A DNA stretch of 64,000 bases, from NCBI RefSeq assembly GCF_006345805.1, contig NC_043013.1, forward strand, positions 42,532,001-42,596,000. Reading direction: 5' to 3'. The position numbers and the translations under genes were made by a program. Position 1 is the stretch's first letter; each line of letters begins with the position of its first letter. Below the pieces are notes generated by a model. The model saw only the letters and a list, made by a program, of their open reading frames with translations, was not told where the DNA came from and searched no databases. Origin of the DNA: Octopus sinensis. Its lineage: Eukaryota. Below are positions 12,721 through 25,112 of the stretch, piece by piece.

Positions 12721-13250
12721 CGGTGGGACGTTGGGCCTCACAGAGGCAATGATGAAAGACCGAGAGCTCTGAGATATGCTGTGACTGTGATGACCTGACA
12801 AATGAAGTGAGTTTATGGCTCACAGGACAGCCTGCTGTGCTAACCTTGGATCGTAGGGTAACATGCTGTGCTTGAGGAGACCTATTGAGTCAAGTACATC
12901 AACATCAAAATAAAAATCAAATGGAAATTGTAGTTGAAATACCTATGCCGGTGGCATGTAAAAAGCATCATCCAAATGCCAGCGCCGCCTTGACTGGCAT
13001 CCGTGCCAGGGACACATAAAAAGCACCAACCAATTGTGGCTGTTGCCAGCCTCCTCTGGTCCCTATGCCGGTGGTACGTAAAAAGCACCCACTACATTCA
13101 TGGAGTGGTTGGCGTTAGAAAGGGCATCCAGCTGTAGAAACACTGCCAGATCAGACTGGTGCCTGGTGCAGCCTCCTGGCTTCCCAGACCCTGGTCGAAC
13201 CGTCCAATCCATGCCAGAATAGAAAATGGACGTTAAACGATGATGATGAT
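12721..13250 (+). mobile_element. 5'-truncated RTE LINE (end of ORF2 plus 3' UTR)
   Basis: LGLTEAMMKDREL then frameshifted RYAV, an RTE ORF2 C-terminal motif; then the family UTR and (GAT)n tail. Confidence 0.75.
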
Positions 13251-13704
13251 GTGTGTGTGTGTGAGTGTGTGAATATGTGGTGGGCTTCTTTCAGTTTCTA
13301 GCTACAAAATCCATTCACAAGGCTTTGGTTGGCCCAAGGCTATAGTAGAAAGTTGCCACACAGTGGGACTGAAATCAAGACCTCGTGGTTGGGAAGCAAA
13401 CCTCTTACTCATACAGCTATGCATGCACGAAATTCTCAGCCCTTGAGTCACTTTGTAAGTTCTACTAATTAAAAATAATCATTATGTATATATATATATG
13501 TGTGATTTATGTATTTATATTTCTGTAGATTTATGTACATATACATACATAAATATATATATATATATATAAGTAATACTAAGCAATAAGGGTTTAGCAA
13601 CGAGTTGCCTTACCACATACCGAATTTAGAAATAGCAGTCAAAGGGTTATAGCTATTTCTTCTACTAAAAAGGGAGATCTCAGTAAAAACAGCATTTGGA
13701 AGGC

Positions 13705-13742
<38 letters not shown>

Positions 13743-14025
13743 CAGAAATATTGGTGGGTGGGTATAGATGAAGGGCTGTATATTTTGGCTGGATGGCTGT
13801 ATCAGTAAATAGATGCATGTGTGACGGAGGTGTGTAAACAGTCATAATAAAGAATGGAATGTGTGCATGCATGGGCAGCGAGTTTAAGTGGGGTGCTTTA
13901 AGTGCATTTTTTATGACCTGCAAAAGCAACGAGGTTTTTCCAATATAGTTGCAGCCATCAATTATATCCCTCACATACCTTTTGTTTTATTGCGATATGT
14001 ATATGGATACGTATGCATGTGTATA

Positions 14026-14190
14026 GGCGTAGGAGTGGCTGTGTGGTAAGTAGCTTGTTTACCAACCACATGGTTCTGGGTTCAGTCCCACTGCGTAGCA
14101 CCTTGGGCAAGTGTCTTTTACTATAGCCTCAGGCCGACCAAAGCCTTGGGAGTGAATTTGGTGGACGGAAACTGAAAGAAGCCTGTCGTA

Positions 14191-14238
<48 letters not shown>

Positions 14239-14450
14239 AGGTTGTATGTCTGTGTTTGTCCCCCTAGCATTGCTTGACAACCAATGCAGGTGTGTTTATA
14301 TCCCCGTTACTTAGCGGTTCGGCAAAAAAGACTGATAGAATAAGTACAGGGCTTACAAAGAATAAGTCCCGGGGTCGAGTTGCTCGATTAAAGGCGGTGC
14401 TCCAGCATGGCCGCAGTCAAATGACTGAAACAAGTAAAAGAGTAAAGAGT
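14026..14450 (+). mobile_element. Full-length tRNA-derived SINE, family A
   Basis: A box tggctgtgtgg, B-box-like gggttcagtcc, central (TA/TG)n, tail gagtaaagag. Further copies at about 16345-16745, 19257-19640 (+) and 22760-23140, 51510-51890 (-). Confidence 0.85.
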
Positions 14451-16795
14451 AATATATATATGCATGCAAGTATGTATGGTTGTATGTATGTATGTATATG
14501 GGTATTTTTGTGTGTCTGCATGTATGTCTGTGTGTATGTAAGTATGTGTGTGTGTGTGTGTGTGTGCATACAAGCATGTATGTATGTGGATGCTCTTTAG
14601 CCCCAAGTCTTTGTTTGTCAAACAGAATCCATGATCAGAATATTAACGCCATGACCATCTCTTATTAATATCGGATAATATATCTAGGAATACATTATCT
14701 GCTGTGTCCTCCATCACCACACACACACACACACTATATATATTTTTATGGCAAAACATGGTTTGATGGAAATTTGGCTGCTATTTCTAGCAGATCTTAT
14801 GATCATGTTGAGCCTCTTTCATGACACTCTGGGTGTGTGCGTGCGCATGTGTATGTGTGGTTCAATAACAGTTTATGTGTAGAAGTGAATGTGATGAGAG
14901 AAAGAGAGAGATCAGAGTTGAAGTCAGATCAAGTAAACAGCTCTAAGGGGGGATCTATAATGGGCCATAATCACAACAGCGGCGCCGGTTGTAGCGTTGA
15001 AGGAGGTAGTGGTTATGTCACAGACCATTCGGTGCAAAACTATTGATATTCACCTTTTTTGTTTTTTTTGGGGTTTTTTTTACTTTTTCTGCCCATATAT
15101 TCATCACAACTGCCTCCATCATTCAGTTGTTTGACACACCTTCTTCATCGTTATTCTCCTCTCTTCCCCCCCGCCCCAATTCCACCCGCCCACCTCCGAC
15201 CGACTCTTGTCTGTGACATGCATCATTGAAGCGGCATTGGGCTAGCATGTTTAGCATGGTTTCGGTGCTGGTTTAATTATGTGCATCGTCGCCACCATCC
15301 TACCCATCACCCCTACCCCACTCTCTCTCTCTCGCTTTCTCTCTCTCTCTCTCTCTCTCTCCCTACTCTTGCATTAATTCCTCTTCATTGTTTTGTTTGT
15401 CTAAGGAATGGAGATGTTGTTGAAGCAAGACACATGCACTCAACATAAGTGCATTTCATACAGACATGCACACACACACACGCATATATGTATGTATAAA
15501 ATGTGTCTATATATATGTGTGTGTATGTATATGCATATATGTATGCACATGTGTATATATATAAATATATATATATATATATACAGACATACACACATAT
15601 ATAGATACACACATAAATATATACATATGCATATACGTACACACCTAGAGTGGATTTATTGTTCATTCCGTAGCAAACCTGTGATTGAAGGCTGTTCAAC
15701 CGTGACCACCCAGTCATTCTCCTCTGTGCAGGGAATCCAGTATCATATTATCCAGCATGTCCTTTTTTTAAAAAAAAAAAAGCCAGTGGAATGTAATTTG
15801 AGGGAGATTTGGTTACTATTTTTAGCAGGCGAAGTGACTATGTTGAAGCAGCTCCCTCATTGACTCGCTTACATTGGTGTCACTCAGTGCGTGAACTCAT
15901 GGTGCCTCCCTCACCAGGGACTATTCCTGCACCAAAAGACACAGGGGTCCTTTATTTTTTCCTTCTTTTTTTTCTCGCAGGCATGGGTATGTAGTAAAGA
16001 AGCTCACTTTGCAACCATGTCAATTTGGGTTCAATCCCACCAGGTGGCACTTTGGGCAAGTGTCTTTTACTATAGCCCTGGACCCGAATTTGGTAGACGG
16101 AAACTGTGTGGGAACCAGAGGAGTGTGCATGCGTGTGTGTGGATGTCTTTGTTTCCACCTACACACTGTTTGACAGCTACTGTTGGTTTATTTACATCCT
16201 TGTAGCCTAGCCATTCGGCAAGAGAGATCAATATAATAAGTACCAAACTTCTTAAAATATGTACTGGAGTTGATTTGTTCATCTAAAACCCTTCAAGGTG
16301 GTGCTCTAGCATGGCCACAATCCAATGACGCAAGCAAAAATAAAGGCGCAGGAGTGGTAAGTAGCTTGCTTACCAACCACATGGTTCCGGGTTCATTCCC
16401 ACAGCATGGCACCTTGGGCAAGTGTCTTCTACTATATCCTCGGGCTGACCAAAGCCTTGCGAGTGGATTTGGTAGACAGAAACTGAAAGAAGCCCATCGT
16501 ATATATGTATATATATATGTATGTGTGTGTATATATTTGTGTGTCTGTGTTTGTCCCCTAACATCGCTTGACAACCGATGGTGGTGTGTTTACGTCACTG
16601 TAACTTAGCAGTTCGGCAAAAGAGACCGATAGAAGTACTAGGCTTCCAAAGAATAAGTCCTGGGGGCGATTTGCTCAACTAAAGGTGGTGCTCCAGCATG
16701 GCTGCAGTCAAATGACTGAAACAAGGAAAAGAGTAAAAAAGAGTAAATTGTCATTACTGTATATCACTGAATGTAACTGTCAATAGAAGCAAATT

Positions 16796-17167
16796 AAAGC
16801 AAGAGCACTCAGAGAGCGCAAACCTCCACTAGTGTAATGCCAACGTTCTCTCAATGATTAGCCGGAGATGATTTTTAAAATGAGAATATCTGAAATAAAC
16901 TCAACTGCTCTCACAAACGAGAATGCTAAAAATGAAGCCGACTGCTCTCAAAAATTAAGTAAAAAGAACCGGAAAAATAAACCAGAATCTTTTTCCGGTA
17001 GTGGATCGATCCCAAAATCTAATCAGTTCGTGCCAGCCACGAGGCCAAACATCCCTGAAAGTTTCATCTGAATCCATCCAGTGGTTCTTGAGATATCTTG
17101 TCCATGGCCAAACAAACAAACACGACTGAAAACAATACCTCCACCTTCGCTAAGGCAGAGGTCATAA
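16796..17167 (+). mobile_element. Non-autonomous Helentron/HINE-like element, copy 2
   Basis: 5' caagagcactcagagagcgcaaacctcc; 3' hairpin acctccacctt/aaggcagaggt 17137-17162. Confidence 0.45.
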
Positions 17168-18289
17168 ACGACAATCAACATTTAAATTACAATATCATTC
17201 ACACATCGTAAATGTATTTATTTTTATATTAGTTTCATGTAATTAAGGTGGAAGTGCTGCAAGAATGGGATGTTGTGTGCCCCAATCCTGACTTTGTTTC
17301 TTCATAAGTAACTGAAAAATAGTCGGGGTGGGGGGAGGGTTAACGAATTTTTCTACAAGTACTTTTCAGATGGTTTGCTTTGTGATAATATCAGAATTTA
17401 ATGTGCCAAATGCAAAAAATAAAAAAAAACGAAAGATTAATGAGTGCATGCAGACATAGATACTGACTCACATCACACATGTATATCTACAAAATGAAAC
17501 TTGAAATTAAAAAAAAAAAAGCTGTGATGTGTGTCAGTACATATGTATGCACACACACACTAATATATATTTTTGTTTATCACATTAAATTCTAATATAT
17601 TTGTAATCTACATCATCTGGAAAATATTTGTAGACAATTTCATAAAGAAAATATCCATTTTTCTGAAAATTATTGGAGAACAAAGTCAAAGGAAGGCACG
17701 CTTGCGTGGCTATAACTTAGTCAATGATCATGATAAGGTAACAGCTTTAAAAACATGAAAGGCAACTAAAACAACAATGTAGTATTTATTGTGCCTGTAA
17801 GTAATGGCTTTTGATTGAGGCATACGACCAGCAATTTTGAAGGGAAATTTACTTCACATTACACCGTAAGAAGCATAGAACTGGTTTTCCGGGTGTACAT
17901 ATTCCTCCCTGAACAGGACAACAGTCCATCGCAAGATTATGCATTTCTGAGTGGACTGGAGCAACATGGAATGGAGACTTTCGCTCAAGAATGCAACACA
18001 TCTCTCAGCGCAGGAATCGAAACCACAATCTTATGATCGTAAGCCCAACACCTTAACCATTAAGCCATGTGCCTCCACTTTGAAGAGAAGTGCCTAGGCA
18101 ATTCCATATACCTCATTATGTGACTGGTGCTTTGTTATATTGTCCCCAAAAGGATGAAAGGCAAAGTTAACTTAGAAAGCCAAAAGAAATGCTGCTAACC
18201 AATCGAACCAAATCCTATGATTGGCACCCGGGCGATGCCAGTGTCGCTGGACTGACTCCTGTGCAGGTGGCAAGTAAAGAAACACCGTT

Positions 18290-18670
18290 TCGACCCTGTG
18301 CTTGAGGAGACCTATTAAGTCAAGTACATCAACATCAAAAATCAATGGAAATTGTAGTTGTGATCCCTGTGCCAGTGGCTCGTAAAAAGCACCATCTGAT
18401 GCCAGCACCGCCTTGACTGGCTTCCATGCCAGTGGCACGTAAAAAGCAGCAACCAATCGTGACCGTTGGCAGCCTCGCCTGGCACCTGTGCCGGTGGCAT
18501 GTAAAAAGCACCCACTACACTCACGGAGTGGTTGGCGTTAGGAAGGGCATCCAGCTATAGAAACACCAGACTGGAGCCTGGTGCAGCCTTCTGGCTTCTC
18601 AGACCCCGGTCGAACCATCCAACCCATGCTAGCATGGAAAACGGACGCTAAACAATGATGATGATGATGA
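18290..18670 (+). mobile_element. RTE LINE 3' UTR copy
   Basis: Family sequence ending in (GAT)n. Confidence 0.75.
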
Positions 18671-19779
18671 ACAACCTGGCCAGCTTGCGCCATCTTTTTT
18701 GTGATTAGGTATGAAGGGTTTCCAATTTAGATACAAGACTAGCAATTTTGAAGGGAGGGGATTATTTGATACCATTGACCCCAGTTCTTGGCTGATAGTT
18801 TTTTTGTTTTTTTTATCAGTCCTGAAAGAATGAAAGACAAAGTTGATCGCAATGAGATTTGAACTCAGGACGCAAAAAGCCAAAGCAAATACCACAAAGC
18901 ATTTTCTTTCTGATGCTCTAACGTTTCTGCCGGCTCGCCACTTTTTATATCTAGGTAATGCTAACAGCTCTGGGAGGGGTGAGATGTTTTAGCTATGTCA
19001 ATAGGTTTATCTAAAACACATAGTTTTATTTCACTCTCTCACTTTTCTTTCTCTCTCTCTCTATATATATATATACACATACACACACATACTTTTTTCA
19101 TTCAAGATGGTGACGAGTATTAACGTCTCATGTGGAAGACTTGATAACTGTTGAGAGATTTCTCTCAACATGAAACTAATGGTAGCCTTGTTGACCCACA
19201 AATAAAGAACCTCACTGTTAGATAATAGCATGTGTGTGTGTGTGTGTGTAGACGTGATGATGTGGTAAGAAGCTTGCATCCCAACCACATGGTTCTAGGT
19301 TCAGTCCCACTGCATGGCACCTTGAGCAAGTGTCTTCTACAATAGCCACAGGCTGACCAAAGCCTTGTGAATAGATTTGGTAGATGGAAACTGGAAGAAG
19401 CCCATCATATATATGTATATATTTATGTGTGTGTGTCTATATTTATCCCCCCCACCACTACCACTGCTTGATAACCAGTGTTGGTGTATTTACAACCCCA
19501 TAACTTAGAGGTTCGATAAAGAGATCGATAGAATAAGTACTAGGCTTTAAAAATAAGTCCTGGGGTTGATTTGTTCGACTAAGACCGTTCAAGGTGGTGC
19601 TCCAGCATGGCCACAGTCAAATGACTGAAACAAATAAAAGAATATATATATATACACATTCACATATGCATATATGGGTACAGGACATTACCAATGGTGC
19701 AAATAACATGAAATACATAAACAAACGAGGGAAAAACAAGTGAAATATGTAAACAAGAAAAAAATGTATGTATGAGTGG

Positions 19780-20020
19780 TGGCGCGTGGCTTAGTGGTTA
19801 GGATATCAGCATCATGATCATAAGATTGTGGTTTCGATTCCTTGACCGGGCGACGCATTGTGTTCTTGAGCAAAACACCTCATTTCAGGTTGCTCCAGTC
19901 CACTCAGCTGGCAAAAATGAGTAACGCTGCGATGGACTGGCGTCTCATCCAGCTGGGGAACACATACGCCATAGAAACCGGGAAACCGGGCCCATGAGCC
20001 TGGCTAGGCTTTAAAAGGGC
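19780..20020 (+). mobile_element. tRNA-derived SINE, family B
   Basis: Head ggcgcgtggcttagtggttagg...ggtttcgattcc; shares its 3' half with 38565 and 55950. Confidence 0.75.
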
Positions 20021-20699
20021 ACATTTATTTATTATTTTACATATATATACACACACACATATGTTAATATTGAAGAGTGAGAATGAGTGCTCAACACCGC
20101 ATTGGTGGATAAATATAAAATTATTTCTATAACAACAACTATATATATATATATTTAGATTCCATGATAATATTTTTGCTACCTGAATATATGAAGGAAG
20201 AGACCAAAAAATAAATATATGACTCATAATTGGAATAAAATAAAATTCATAGCTTCAGAAAAGTGTGAAAAATAAAAAGAAACATTTAACAATCCTAGAC
20301 TGACAGCTTAAGTTAAAAATCACTTCTAGTGACGCAAGGCAAATGCATTTTTGATTTATGAATAATAATAATAATAATAATAATTCAGATAAAATTTGTA
20401 GTTTTTACAGATGGGTCTTATGAAATTATTTTCCAACCACTTAAAATATTTCAAATTGTCTACATTGATAAACTTTTGCATTTTATCTTTTATCATTAGT
20501 CTGCAGCCCTGCTAGGGCACCACCCTGAAGATGTTTTAGTCAAATGAATGCCCCCCCCCCCTGGCAGTATATATATTTTTGCAAAAACTCATATTTATTT
20601 TATTGGTATTTTTGGTCGAACCGCTAGGTTGGGGGATGTAAACACACCAGCACCAGTTGTCAAGCAGTGGTGGGTGACAAAACAGACACAAAGACACAC

Positions 20700-20742
<43 letters not shown>

Positions 20743-21041
20743 AAGACAGATATCCCAGTGGCTTCGATACAGTAGCCTCGTGTATATTTGCCTCTACCAA
20801 AGGTTTCTTTACTGACGAAGCGTGACCTATGGTAGATTAGCTTAATTTAATTTAATTAAGCTGGTCTATCATTAAAAACGCAGAAATGATGCATCGTCTA
20901 AAAGATGAATTAGGGTAAACGTTTTTAATTTTTCACCTATTTCCGAATTACATTATTTGGCGGTTAGAGTTATGGCTGCTCTGTCTAGTGGACGAATGGC
21001 CTGTTAAGGCCATTCCTAAATTGTTATATATATATATATAT

Positions 21042-21214
21042 ATAAATATAAAAAATTAGAAAAAAACCCACCTTTTATCAATTCAAAATGAATAATTAAA
21101 TTACACCATCTAGAAAATTACATATAATAGAAAATTTAAATTTAGATGGTGTAATTTAATCATTCATTTTGAATTGATAAAAGGTGGGTTTTTTTCTAAT
21201 TTTTTTATATTTAT
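21042..21214. repeat. Foldback: about 71-bp arms with a 30-nt spacer
   Basis: Arm 21042-21112 is the near-perfect reverse complement of 21143-21214. Confidence 0.9.
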
Positions 21215-21299
21215 GTATTATATTGTGTGAAATTTGATTTAGCATTTCTAAATTGAATTTTTTTTCCTTGTAAGTTTGGATTTTATTCCCTCATAATAA

Positions 21300-21523
21300 A
21301 TATATATATATTGATAGAAATGGTAAGACAACAAAAGAATGAAAGAGACCTTGATATTATGTAAATAGAGGAATTTATCTGTAAATGTAATATGTGACAA
21401 TTATTCGGTAGCCATGATAAAACTCCGATTACCGGATAACTGAAGAGATGGCGGCATGGGTTTCCGCTCCAACATCCGAAACTCGGAGTTTTATCATGGC
21501 TGAATAATTGTTACATATTACAT
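21300..21523. mobile_element. Penelope-like inverted pseudo-LTR remnant
   Basis: Flanked by (TA)n; arms 21385-21428 and 21483-21523 bracket a hammerhead core. Confidence 0.5.
21435..21495 (+). ncRNA. Type I hammerhead ribozyme motif (Penelope-like remnant)
   Basis: Stem I GAUAA/UUAUC; CUGAAGA 21440-46; stem II GAUG..GCGG/CCGC..CAUC with one extra C; GAAA 21478-81; stem III ACU/AGU; GUU site after 21490. Confidence 0.6.
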
Positions 21524-23324
21524 ATATATATATATATATACTCGATGGGCTTCTTTAAGTTTCTGTCTACCAAACCCACTCACAACAAGGCTTTGGTTGG
21601 CCCAAGGCTATAGTAGAAGACATATGTCTAAGGTGTCATGCAATGGGATTGAACTCAGAGCCATGTAGTTAGGAAGCAAGCTTCTTGCCACACAACCATG
21701 CCTGCACTTACACTGACAACAAAAACCATGTTTTTCCTTATTGCTTTTTTTGTTTTTATTTCTCTAAAACCACCTCCACCCCCAATATTAAATCTAACAA
21801 GATCTGAGATTTTATATCGGACTCATTTGATAATTATTGAAAACCCAGCTGAATGTTTTTATGAGTGCAATGATAAGTAAAGTAAAGGTCTCTTAAGTAC
21901 TTCAGAGACTTTAAATATACTCAAAAGTAACGTAATTTATATGGACATTATACACACATTTAATCACTATATCGACCAGACTTTCGGATGTTATATACCG
22001 CTGTTCACAGTGCACTTACTCGCATTGTTTTAGCCTTCAAATGATGCCACCCCGTTGGCTAGGCAGACAGAAAATGTGTGCATATGTGCACACATGCATG
22101 CGTGTATGTGTGTGTGAGTATTTAAAGCGGTTCCATTAACCAAAGCTGAAGTGCCAATGTGTCCAAGACCTCATAGGAAAACCAAGCTATTATTATTTCA
22201 CTTAAAGTTCTTTTATACTTTTTTCTAGTTAAACATTAAAGAATATTTACATTAACGTATTTATATATATATATATAGGCTTCGATCTATATACTTTAAA
22301 AAAAAAAGCCTCCTTTCTTTCCATATTGATTTACAACTATTCATTCATATAGGACAGTACTTTCGATCGTAATTGCAAACTAAACTTTATTTACTACAAA
22401 AGCAATCCTTTTTTTTTTTCCCCCTCACTCTCTCTTGTAAGAAGTTCTGGCTGAATTCTGCTTTAAGCACCCCTATATAACCCCTCATAACATTCTCATT
22501 TTTATGGAAGTTTCAGAATTTTTTTGTTTTTTTAATTTGTGTTCTACATATAGGAATTCATACAATTATGAAAATTAATTCTTTTTTCTTTTTAGTTTTT
22601 TTTTTTAACACCCTCCACCCCATAAATCCCAAAAGTTCTACTCGTATTCAAATTTTTTTCTTTGGACAGTCCTAACTTTTTGCTGAAATCCCAGAAATGG
22701 ACCACCCTTGGGTGCATCATCATTCCATTTAAATGTGTTTAAGGGGGGAAAATATTCTTTTACTCTTTTACTGGTTTCAGTCATTTGACTGTGGCCATGC
22801 TGGAGCACTGCCTTTAATCGGGCAAATCAACCCCAGGACTTATTCTTTGTAAGCCTAATACTTATTCTATTAGTCTCTTGCTGAACCACTAAGTTACAGG
22901 GACATAAACACGCCAGCATCAATTGTCAAGTGGGACAAACACAGCCACACAAACATATACACGCACATACATATATACGACAGACTTCTTTCAGTTTCCG
23001 TCTACCAAATCCACTTACAAGGCTTTGGTCGGCCTGAGGCTATAGAAGACACTTGCCCAAGGTGCCACGCAGTGGGACTGAACCTGGAACCATGTGGTTC
23101 TTAAGCAAGCTAGTTACCAAACAGCCACTCCTACGCCTATTGTGAAACAAATACATATCAGAGTGAATATAGAATGAGGAAGGTATAAGGTAGTTTTAGG
23201 ATGCACTAAACAACAGCTAAATTACTCTTAATTCACAAAATATCAAAAGAAATTTATTTTTTCATTATCATATGAATTCCCATATGTAGAACACAAATTT
23301 GCAAACATTTTCTGAACATTCATA

Positions 23325-23714
23325 GGCGCAGGAGTGGCTGTGTGGTAAGTAGCTTGCTTACCAACCACATGGTTCCATGTTCAGTCCCACTGCGTGGCAC
23401 CTTGGGCAAGTGTCTTCTACTATAGCTTCGGGCTGACCAAACCCTTGAGAGTGGATTTGGTAGACGGAAACTGAAAGAAACCCATCGTATATATATGTAT
23501 ATGTGTGTGTGTGTTTGTGTGTCTGTTTGTCCCCCCAACATCACTTGACAACTGGTGCTGGTGTGTTTACGTCCCTGTAACTTAGCGGTTCGGCAAAAAA
23601 GACCGATAGAATAAGTACTGGGCTTACAAAAGAATAAGTCCCAGGGTCGAGTTGTTCAATTAAAGGCGGTGCTCCAGCATGGCCACAGTCAAATGACTGA
23701 AACAAGTAAAAGAG
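23325..23714 (+). mobile_element. Full-length SINE family A
   Basis: Near-identical to the 14026 copy. Confidence 0.85.
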
Positions 23715-23948
23715 TACTCAAAAAGATAAAAAGAAGTTACGAGGGGTTATACTGGGTGCTTAAACCAGAATTCCACCCAAGTTCCTATTGTATTGTATCT
23801 TTCAAACAATGAAATAACAATACGATGAGATGAAGTTATGTGCTTACCCATTTTGTGTAATAAAAAGAAAAACCAGAAAAAAGAAAGAAAACTCTTCTAA
23901 AACACTGCACAAAAATTTTGTTGATTGTCCATTTTGCTGTCATCTCAT

Positions 23949-24304
23949 AATGTCACTCAGTACACTTCACCTCTCTCTAGTGACAGCAATGCACACAGAT
24001 ATGTATGTATGTATATGTATGCATGTATATATATATATGTGTGTATGTGTATATATACATATATATTTATTTATTCTGTTGTGTCTGGGGAGAGTCATTT
24101 TCTTTTTGTGCCTTATAATTTAATTTAACACACTCACCGGTAAAATTTCCACTTATTCTTTATTTTTATTTTCCTAAAATTTACGTTGCGTCTTGCACTG
24201 CTGTCACTAGAGAGAAGTGAAGTGTACTGAGTGACATTTACCAGTGAGTGTGTTAAATTATAAGGCACAAAAAGAAAATGACTCTCCCCAGACACAACAG
24301 AATA
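23949..24304. repeat. Interleaved inverted repeats A-B-A'-B'
   Basis: A 23949-93 pairs with 24194-238; B 24072-143 pairs with 24237-304. Confidence 0.9.
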
Positions 24305-24660
24305 TGCTTCAACACACAAACTCACATAAAGAATCTTGCAAACCAAATCCCAAAACAATATATATATATAAAGAAACATAAGTCATAGAGCAAACATCAA
24401 ATTCAAGTTTAAGAAACATGTTAACATTTATATAGGATCAAATGTCTGGAAGTATGGTGTTATATATAAAGCCGTTGGCTCAAATTTGATGTTTGTTCTT
24501 TGATCAATGTTTCTTTATCCTTGACTCATTTACATTTGAGCACTTCTTTTTTGCAGTCCTATAAACCCTTTTGTTTCCATAAAAAGAAACAAATATTATT
24601 TCTTGTTGTATGTGAGTGTGTGTAGTGAAATATGTATGTAGTTAAATATATATATGTTTT

Positions 24661-25112
24661 GAGTGAAAGCATTTGAAGAGGCCAGGATAACTCGTGCAAG
24701 ACTCAAGAGAGATTTAAAGAATAAATGTTACAATCGAGGTGAATCACAATAACCTTTTTATGTGCACAGTCTATGACAGACCATGCCTTTCTTTTGCTGG
24801 GCTCAAATCTCATTTGCGAACCCATGGAAAATGAACCCACACCAACTATAGTGCCTATATGTCTGTGCATACCTTTCAATGTAGTGTATGCCAGAAGGTG
24901 TGCAAATCTAATGGAGGCCTCAAAAGACATTTTAAAATCCACAAAGATCAGAACTTAATTGCAGCACTTGGTGGTCCAAATTGGATATGCAGTCTATGTG
25001 GGATGTCTTTTCAAAACATTGTCTAGTTTAAAAAGCCACATCTAAGGTATAGGTACAGGAGGTGGTCAAACTCTGCATAAGGAGTAGGCAACTACCATAT
25101 GTATGTATGTAT
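24661..25112 (+). mobile_element. Degraded RTE LINE 3' end with C2H2 zinc fingers
   Basis: VKAFEEARITRARLKR, CTVY..GLKSHLRTH, CSVCQKVCKSNGGLKRHFKIH (24880-24942), CSLC..; stops and frameshift; (TATG)n tail. Confidence 0.7.

Noticed and set aside
14837-15330. Unique-looking segment as candidate BMPR2 exon 1
   Set aside because: No signal-peptide ORF ending at a convincing phase-1 donor
19780-19860. tRNA-like sequences (also 36445, 38568, 55950)
   Set aside because: SINE heads: no complete cloverleaf, followed by SINE bodies and TSDs
20790-20835. CUGACGA inside an 11-bp inverted repeat as a third hammerhead
   Set aside because: No GAAA downstream and no stem I; at most a decayed relic
21975-22370. 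Minus-strand CCGAAAG.. motifs at about 21990 and 22360 as hammerheads
   Set aside because: CUGANGA box broken or absent and stem III cannot form with a valid UH site
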